Assembly: GCA_043822785.1 (NCBI GenBank)
Contig: JBDRBN010000034.1
Coordinates: forward strand, 1 to 28,122
DNA: 28,122 bases
Source of the DNA: Pseudomonadota bacterium
GTDB lineage: Bacteria > UBA10199 > 2-02-FULL-44-16 > JAAZCA01
Reading direction: 5' to 3'
Part shown: piece after piece, positions 26,239-28,122 of the stretch
Layout: every line of letters starts with the position of its first letter
How positions within the stretch are numbered: position 1 is the stretch's first letter
Position numbers and translations under genes: made by a program
Notes under the pieces: model-generated
Seen by the model: only the letters and a program-made list of their open reading frames with translations
The model's database searches: none
Told to the model about the DNA's origin: nothing

Positions 26239-27447
26239 TCACCCTCTTATCTCTTCCTTTACCACCCTTTGCAAAAACTTGGGGTCGCGCCAGTAGCGGA
26301 GCTTTCGCCCGTTGAGCAGTATGGTGGGAGTGCTGGTTACATAGATGCTGCGGGCTGCTTCGATCTCGCGCTTCACCCTGGCAAGGGCCTTGGGCGACTC
26401 AATACAAGCCTCGAACTCTTTGACGTCCCACGCGTGCTTCTTTACAAGATCCAGAATCTTCTTTTTGCTAAGAGATTTTTGGTTTCTGAAAAGATCGTCG
26501 TGAAAGCACCAAAAATCGCCACGCTCCTGAGCACAGATGCCAGCCTTTGCTGCATAGCAGGCCAGAGGATGCATGGGTTGTTTCATCTCATCGTTGCAGG
26601 CATTATCCAGAGGGAAGTTCACGAAGTAATAGCGAACATCGTCTTTAAACTCCTGCAGATATGGCTTCACGTTTAAAGCTGCTATGCGGCAGAACGGGCA
26701 CTGATATTCGCTGAACTCGATGATCGTAACCTTTGCATCTGGATTTCCCCACACTGCCCATTCAGGATTAGCCTCTATGTCGTGCAGCGATCGCATGTAA
26801 AAAGCACTCAGTTTTTCATCTGGGCTCACGTTGTCATATGCCTTGGTCTCTTTTGCTGACACAGTAGCTATGATGCCCCATCCCACCAGAAACACAGCGC
26901 CGATCCCTATAGCATGCCCAATGATCCTGGGTTTAAAGCCTAGATTTGAGGCTTTGCCAAAGACCGCTCTTACATAATCGCGAATGAATCTCACCAAACC
27001 TCCGATCGGAATGTTAAGCGCAATAAAGAGGAAGATGAACAGGATTATGTTGGCCACATACATGCCCATGCACTCTATACAAACGACCTCAAGAATAACG
27101 AGCGCAACGTATGCCAGAAAGATACTATAGAGTATGCTTCCACAAGACATGAACCAAGCTACAGAGATATTGGCACGCCTTTCCTTTTTGGAAAAGAACG
27201 CAAACAGGGCCAAAAAACCAAGCACCGCATAATAGCACAGCCCCCACCATGCAATGGGCACCCCTAAAAATGTGGAATAGCTGCTGGCGTTTACGATATC
27301 GCAGTTTATGGTATCGCTGATCGCGCAGAAGCTAGCACGCTCGAGCCCCTCGCTCATGATTCTAAAATGTTGAAGTGTTGAGAGTATTGAAAGGACAACG
27401 CCAAGGAGCGCGCTAAAAAAAGCAACTATCAGAGCCCATCTTCTCAT
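26239..27447 (-). CDS. VKOR-DsbA/thioredoxin fusion
   Basis: VKOR Cys pair FCAISDTINC and CIEC in a TM helix; DsbA EFSEYQCPFC and STPT; start reassigned to MRRWAL. Confidence 0.9.
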   Translation of the reverse strand: MRRWALIVAFFSALLGVVLSILSTLQHFRIMSEGLERASFCAISDTINCDIVNASSYSTFLGVPIAWWGLCYYAVLGFLALFAFFSKKERRANISVAWFMSCGSILYSIFLAYVALVILEVVCIECMGMYVANIILFIFLFIALNIPIGGLVRFIRDYVRAVFGKASNLGFKPRIIGHAIGIGAVFLVGWGIIATVSAKETKAYDNVSPDEKLSAFYMRSLHDIEANPEWAVWGNPDAKVTIIEFSEYQCPFCRIAALNVKPYLQEFKDDVRYYFVNFPLDNACNDEMKQPMHPLACYAAKAGICAQERGDFWCFHDDLFRNQKSLSKKKILDLVKKHAWDVKEFEACIESPKALARVKREIEAARSIYVTSTPTILLNGRKLRYWRDPKFLQRVVKEEIRG

Positions 27448-27461
27448 ATCCCCCCTGCGAT

Positions 27462-27555
27462 TGTCATTGCGAGACCCAAAGGGTCGAAGCAATCTCCGAT
27501 TATCCTGAGATTGCTTCGCTGCGGCCCGTAGTACGGGCCTGCGCTCGCAATGACA
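27462..27555. repeat. REP-like palindromic repeat, copy 7
   Basis: TGTCATTGCGAG...GAAGCAATCTC...GAGATTGCTTC...GGCCCGTAGTACGGGCC...CTCGCAATGACA. Confidence 0.9.
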
Positions 27556-27557
27556 TC

Positions 27558-27965
27558 TTAAGCCTTGTACTGCTTTGCAAGGCTATCAAACGTAACCTGT
27601 TTTAAAAGGCTTATGCATTCCTGCTGAAGTTTTTGCCAAACGCTGCTCACTGGGCATTTCTTGCTCATCTCACATCCTTTTTTAGGATCCAGGCAGTGAC
27701 TGAGCTTAAACTCCTCATCCACAGCACATGCTACATCATACAAAGAAATCTTGGCAGAGGGCTTTGCCAGCCTATATCCCCCTTTTGGACCTGGCAATGA
27801 TTCTATAAACCCTTCATGAACGAGCTTAGGAAGAATTAAGGCAAGAAAGTTGACTGGAATGCAATATTCCGTAGCGATCGTGCGCTTGGATACAACATCT
27901 CCTTCATGTGCAGCAAGAACCAACATCGCCCTTACGCCATAATCCATCTCACGCGAAACGTGCAT
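27558..27965 (-). CDS. Rrf2-family transcriptional regulator with three Cys (probable Fe-S)
   Basis: DYGVRAM, GPKGGYRLAK, CLDPKKGCEMSKKC; start reassigned to MHVSRE. Confidence 0.92.
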   Translation of the reverse strand: MHVSREMDYGVRAMLVLAAHEGDVVSKRTIATEYCIPVNFLALILPKLVHEGFIESLPGPKGGYRLAKPSAKISLYDVACAVDEEFKLSHCLDPKKGCEMSKKCPVSSVWQKLQQECISLLKQVTFDSLAKQYKA

Positions 27966-27984
27966 TGATACCCCCACCCAATAA

Positions 27985-28122
27985 GTCATGTACCCCCGGC
28001 AGAGCCGGGGGCTTGAAAAACCGTGAACCGCTCAAAGCGGTTAAAACCTACCGAAACATATTCAGCTGATCGAGCCGTTGGTCTTCCTTTTCCTGATTCC
28101 TTATGTATTCGCGTACTGCGTT
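27985..28122 (-). mobile_element. IS200/IS605-family element, right end (truncated by window edge)
   Basis: Subterminal hairpin CCCCCGGC-aga-GCCGGGGG at 27993-28011, second hairpin AACCGCTCAAAGCGGTT, tnpA 3' end; exact boundary uncertain by a few nt. Confidence 0.8.
28048..28122 (-). CDS. tnpA: IS200-type Y1 transposase, C-terminal 24 aa (partial)
   Basis: NAVREYIRNQEKEDQRLDQLNMFR*, containing the catalytic YxxxQ motif. Confidence 0.82.
   Translation of the reverse strand, partial: NAVREYIRNQEKEDQRLDQLNMFR

Overview
Bacterial chromosomal window from a diderm, probably anaerobic organism; a deltaproteobacteria-like lineage is inferred from gene content only. Left to right: MtfA-family peptidase, a 56-aa 2[4Fe-4S] ferredoxin missing from the ORF track, NhaC-family transporter, four-Ig-domain surface protein with a C-terminal sorting signal, iron-sulfur flavoprotein, and an intact mercury-methylation pair hgcA-hgcB preceded in frame by a 43-codon ORF. 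Next come an AT-richer island with a HipA-like kinase and a HipS-HTH-unknown-domain fusion, an MMPL transporter, two lipoproteins, a K+ channel, an LPP20/LPP20/LpoB/COG3014-like lipoprotein operon, SRP RNA-dnaX-ybaB-recR, CDF transporter, adenosine deaminase, VKOR-DsbA fusion, Rrf2 regulator and the 3' end of an IS200-type element. The non-coding DNA is highly structured. There are seven TGTCATTGCG...CGCRATGACA palindromic repeats, some carrying nested cassettes. Two long intergenic loci (5486-6116 and 19372-19895) consist of roughly 215-290 nt nested hairpins that share terminal motifs but have unrelated interiors. All family assignments come from motif recognition, not database searches.
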